Part shown: positions 60,010 through 64,000 of the stretch, one piece after another
How positions within the stretch are numbered: position 1 is the stretch's first letter
How the letters are laid out: the number at the start of each line of letters is the position of its first letter
Origin: an uncultured Solirubrobacterales bacterium
GTDB taxonomy: Bacteria > Actinomycetota > Thermoleophilia > Solirubrobacterales > Solirubrobacteraceae
Direction of reading: 5' to 3'
Assembly (NCBI GenBank): GCA_963838865.1
Contig: CAWISN010000002.1
Location: 251,979-315,978 of the forward strand
DNA: 64,000 nucleotides
Translations under genes and position numbers: made by a program
Notes under the pieces: model-generated
Databases searched by the model: none
The model's input: the letters and a program-made list of their open reading frames with translations, nothing else
What the model was told of the DNA's origin: nothing

Positions 60010-61219
60010 TGCGCTACGAAACCCGAGGCGAGCTGCCCCGCAAACGCCATGTGGCGTTTCGCGATAACGGCACCCTGCTCACCGAGGAGGTGATGGGGTT
60101 CGAGGGCTTCTCGGGCAACGAGTCGATCCTCTACCACCTCGAGACCCCATGCCGCGTGACCGAGCTGGGGGCGTTTGAGCCGCTGGAGCGCGAGGAGTGG
60201 GTGCCTGAGGCGCACTGCCACCACCTGTTCAACACTCGCGGCATCGAGGCCCAGGGCGATCCCGTCCGCGGCCGGCGCCTGCTCATGTTCAACGGCGACG
60301 TGGAGATCGGCCTGTGCCGCCCGGCCGAGCCGCAGGACTATTTCTATAGAAACGGTGAGGGCGATGAGGTGATCTTCGTCCACGAGGGCAGCGGCCGAGC
60401 TCGAGACCACCTTCGGGACGCTGCCCTACCGGGCGCACGACTACATCGTCATCCCGCGCGGCACCACGTACCGGTTCCAGCCCGATGATGAGCAGCTCTT
60501 TCTCACCTTCCACACGCCGGGAGAGATCGAGACACCCACCCGTTACCGCAACCGGTACGGGCAGCTCCTCGAGCACGCGCCCTACTCACACCGTGACTTC
60601 CATCCGCCCAGCGGAGCTCGAGACACACCGGGACAGCGCCGAGTATGACCTGGTGGTGCGGGTCCGCAACGGGCTTCAGCACTACAGGCTGGACTACCAC
60701 CCGCTCGACGTGGTGGGCTGGGACGGATACGTCTATCCGTACACGTTCAACATCGATGACTTCGAGCCCATCACCGGGCGCATCCACATGCCCCCGCCCG
60801 TCCACCAGACCTTCCAGGGGCCGAACTTCGTGATCTGCTCGTTCTGTCCCCGGATGCTGGATTGGCACGAGGGCGCGATCCCCATCCCCTACAACCACTC
60901 AAACCTCCAATCGGAGGAGATGATCTATTACGTCAGCGGGTCGTTCGGCTCCCGGCGTGGGATAGACGTCGGCTCGGTCACGCTGCACCCCTCGGGGCTT
61001 CCCCACGGTCCCCAGCCGGGGCTGGCCGAGAAATCGATCGGTACGCGATTCACCAACGAGCTGGCCGTCATGTGTGACACGTTCAGGCCGCTGCAGCTCA
61101 CCCCGCTGGCCCGCGCGCTGGACGACGGAAAGTACGCCCTGTCCTGGGCCGCGGATCCTGACACGGCGACCGACGCCGACGGGCAGATGAGTCCGGCCGG
61201 CACAACCAGCCACATCTAG
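60009..61219 (+). CDS. hmgA: homogentisate 1,2-dioxygenase (apparent frameshifts)
   Basis: GDEVIFVHEG, HPLDVVGWDG, YNHSN..E, TLHP.G.PHGP. Confidence 0.9.
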
Positions 61220-61226
61220 AGGTCAC

Positions 61227-62117
61227 ATGTTCGAGGAAGCTCAGCTCTACGCTCCAGTCACCACCGCCGAGGATGGCAGTGTCACCGTCCACCTGGCCGA
61301 TGACCACCCGGGGGTTGCCGACCCGGAGTACCGCGCCCGGCGCAATCACATCGCCGCGCTGTCCGTGGACTGGAGGCCCGCGCAGCCGGTTCCGCACGTC
61401 GACTACACCGAGATCGAGGACGAGGTCTGGGCCACCGTCCGGCGTGAGCTGGCGGCCAAACACGAGCGCCTGGCCTGCGCCGAGTACCGGGAGGCCATGA
61501 CCCACTTTGACCTCCCGCTGGACCGGGTCCCCCAGCTGGAGGAGATCGGAGAGCGGCTGCGACCCCTCACCGGCTTTGAGTACCACCCCGCTCCAGGTCT
61601 GGTCCCGTTCGAGGAGTTCTACGGCTCGCTGGCTGACGGCGTGTTCCACTCCACCCAGTACCTGCGCCACCCCTCCCGCCCGCTGTACACGCCCGAGCCC
61701 GACCTGATCCATGAGGTGATCGGACACGGCGGGACGCTGGCTAGCCCCAAACTGGCCGAGCTCAACCGCCAGGCGGGTCGGGCCGCCCGTCGCCTGAACA
61801 CCAAGGAGGGGCGCGACTTCTTCGCCCACGTGTTCTGGTTCACGATCGAGTTCGGCGTGCTCCACGAGGACGGAGAGCTGCGGGCCTACGGGGCCGGGCT
61901 CCTCTCTTCCTACGGCGAGATCGAGGAGTTCCGCTCCGCCGAGGTCCGCCCACTGGATATCGCCGAGATGGGCGTGATGGAGTACGACATCACCAAGTAC
62001 CAGCCGATTCTCTATGCGGCCGACTCGATCGATCATCTGCTCGAGGTCGTGGGCGGGTTCTTCGACGAGTGCAGCGATGACTCGCCGGCGCGCTACCGCG
62101 CCATGAGCACCGCCTAG
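61227..62117 (+). CDS. phhA: phenylalanine 4-monooxygenase
   Basis: [33 protein letters not shown]. Confidence 0.93.
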   Translation: MFEEAQLYAPVTTAEDGSVTVHLADDHPGVADPEYRARRNHIAALSVDWRPAQPVPHVDYTEIEDEVWATVRRELAAKHERLACAEYREAMTHFDLPLDRVPQLEEIGERLRPLTGFEYHPAPGLVPFEEFYGSLADGVFHSTQYLRHPSRPLYTPEPDLIHEVIGHGGTLASPKLAELNRQAGRAARRLNTKEGRDFFAHVFWFTIEFGVLHEDGELRAYGAGLLSSYGEIEEFRSAEVRPLDIAEMGVMEYDITKYQPILYAADSIDHLLEVVGGFFDECSDDSPARYRAMSTA

Positions 62118-62187
62118 TTTCTCCCGCGCGGGCGCGCGGGGGTCAATCTCTTCCCAGCCGGGCCGGGCAGCCATACTGCTTCGGCCG

Positions 62188-62831
62188 ATGAGCCAGCGCT
62201 TTGACGACCGCAGGGCGGCGGGCCGCCGGCTGGCCGAGCTCCTGGACCACCACGCCGGCGATCCGAACGTGGTCGTCCTTGGCCTGCCACGGGGCGGAGT
62301 GCCCGTGGCCTACGAGGTGGCCGAGCGTCTGGGCGCCCCACTGGATGTGTTCCTGGTCCGCAAGCTCGGGGTTCCCGGGCACGAGGAGCTGGCCCTGGGG
62401 GCGATTGCCTCGGGCGGGGTACGGGTCCTAAACCCCGAAGTGGTCATTGCTGCCAGGCTGACGCCGGCCGAGGTGGACGAGGTCTCTGCCCGCGAGCTGG
62501 ACAGCTGGAGGGGCAGGAGGAGCGCTACCGGGGTGCGCGTCCCGCCCGTGAGGTGGCGGGCACGACCACGATTCTGGTCGACGACGGGCTGGCCACCGGA
62601 GCCACCATGCGGGCCGCCATCCAGGCCCTGCGCCGGCGCGAGGTTGCCTGCATCGTGGTGGCGGTCCCGGTAGCGCCCCGCGAGACATCCGCGTCGCTGG
62701 CCCAGGAGGTGGACGAGCTGGTGTGTGCCCTCGAGCCCGACCCGTTCACCGCGGTGGGCCTTTGGTATCGCGACTTCTCACCGGTCAGTGACGAGACCGT
62801 GAGCGAGCTGCTAGCGCCCGCGCGGCGCTAG
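62188..62831 (+). CDS. phosphoribosyltransferase-family protein (apparent frameshift)
   Basis: [28 protein letters not shown]. Confidence 0.85.
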
Positions 62832-64000
62832 TGATACTCCGGAACCTCGGCCTCCAGCTGGCGCCAGCCAGGCGGCGGCAGTGCTGTCACTGGGCGCCCG
62901 CCAGTCCCCGCGAGGAGAGAGCGCTCCACCCGAGCCGACCTTGGGCCCGTTGGGCAGGGCCGAGCGCTTGAACTGGCTGGTGTGGAAGAAGCGCTCCAGG
63001 AAACACTCCCAGCCAGTGCCTGATCTCGCCCAGGGAGTACTCATGGCGGCGCTGCTCAGGGATCAGATCGGGCCACGGTCCGCGATTGCGGTCGCCCCAG
63101 ACATGCTGGGCCAGGAAGGCCACCTTGGCGGGGGGATAGCCAAAGCGCAGCACGTAGTAGAGGAAGAAGTCCTGAAGCTCGTATGGACCCACCGCCTGCT
63201 CTGAGTCCTGCTCTGGCTCATCGCCCTCGCGGGTCCGAGGTGGGCACGAGCTCGGGCGAGATCTTGGTCTCCAGAATCGACGCGAGCACCTGACTGACCT
63301 CGTCACTGAACTGCCGCGTGTCGATGGCCCAGCGGATCATGAACTGGATGAGCGACTTCGGAACGGACGCGTTGACGTTGTAGTGGGACATCTGATCGCC
63401 CACTCCGTACGTGCTCCATCCCAGCGCCAGCTCTGACAGATCGCCCGTTCCCAGCACCAGACCCTGGTGGTAGTTGGCGAGCCGGAACAGATGCGAGGTC
63501 CTTTCGCCGGCCTGGACGTTCTCGTAGGTGATGTCGTACTCATGCTCGCCCTGGGCGGCGGGGTGCTCGAGGTCGCCCAGCATCTGTTGCGCCGAGGGAC
63601 GGATGTCGATCTCGTGCGAGCTCACGCCCAAAGTCTCCATCAGCTTTATGGCGTTCGTCTTGCGTCCGCCCGCTGGTGGCGAATCCCGGCATCGTGTAAC
63701 CCAGGACGTTCTCGCGGGGCAGGCCGATCCGGTCCATCGGCTCGAGCGGCCACGATCAGTGCGTGGGTGGAGTCAAGCCCACCCGAGACCCCAATCACAA
63801 TCTTCTCGATCCCGGTCGCTCTCAGCCGTGTCTCCAAGCCCCTGATCTGGATGTTGTAGACCTCCTCGCAGCGGTCATTGCGGGTGGCCGGGTCTGAGGG
63901 AACGAACGGGAACCGCTCGTAGGTGCGGCGCAGCGGGATCTTGCCCTGGGGTGTCGCAAGCTCGAACTCGACCTGGCGCACGGCGCGCACGCTGTCCCGG
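62828..64000 (-). CDS. nadE: glutamine-dependent NAD+ synthetase, C-terminal part (apparent frameshifts)
   Basis: [41 protein letters not shown]. Confidence 0.92.

Noticed and set aside
31161-64000. Mass pseudogenisation or programmed frameshifting of pfk, tkt, tal-pgi, zwf, pgl, hmgA, nadE and others
   Set aside because: Single-base shifts in housekeeping genes with intact motifs and no in-frame nonsense codons noticed; typical of long-read indel errors.
1-64000. CRISPR array, prophage or integron
   Set aside because: No regularly spaced repeats, cas, phage or integrase genes seen; the palindromic repeats lack attC RYYYAAC/GTTRRRY ends.

Overview
GC-rich actinobacterial chromosome segment. 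Gene content and many leaderless starts suggest Thermoleophilia/Solirubrobacterales, but this is an inference. Many single-base frameshifts in conserved genes are most simply explained by long-read assembly errors. From left to right: (1) a TIGR03032 / tandem-GNAT / CSLREA surface-protein / sulfatase locus; (2) a lipid cluster (patatin, acyltransferase, basic histone-like protein, ArsA pair) interleaved with a putative redox regulon (DosS-like GAF kinase, NarL regulator, two Cys-less SQR-like flavoproteins, deleted USP, and a Rieske-less cytochrome b6 / subunit-IV-like three-gene module) whose three promoters share a 17-bp motif; (3) secreted proteins, dcd and a Ser/Thr kinase; (4) a ten-gene PPi-PFK / pentose-phosphate cluster; (5) tRNA-Leu, phospholipase C and tRNA-Glu, followed by an accessory stretch (TacAT-type toxin-antitoxin, MBL hydrolase, IS256, an SOS-box-controlled orphan); (6) ChrA, MMPL, an S53 peptidase, a Phe/Tyr catabolic cluster and partial nadE. 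Most notable: the cytochrome b module with its candidate regulon, and an unannotated ~115-bp palindromic repeat family with three copies, two of them flanking an 875-aa orphan gene in inverted orientation.
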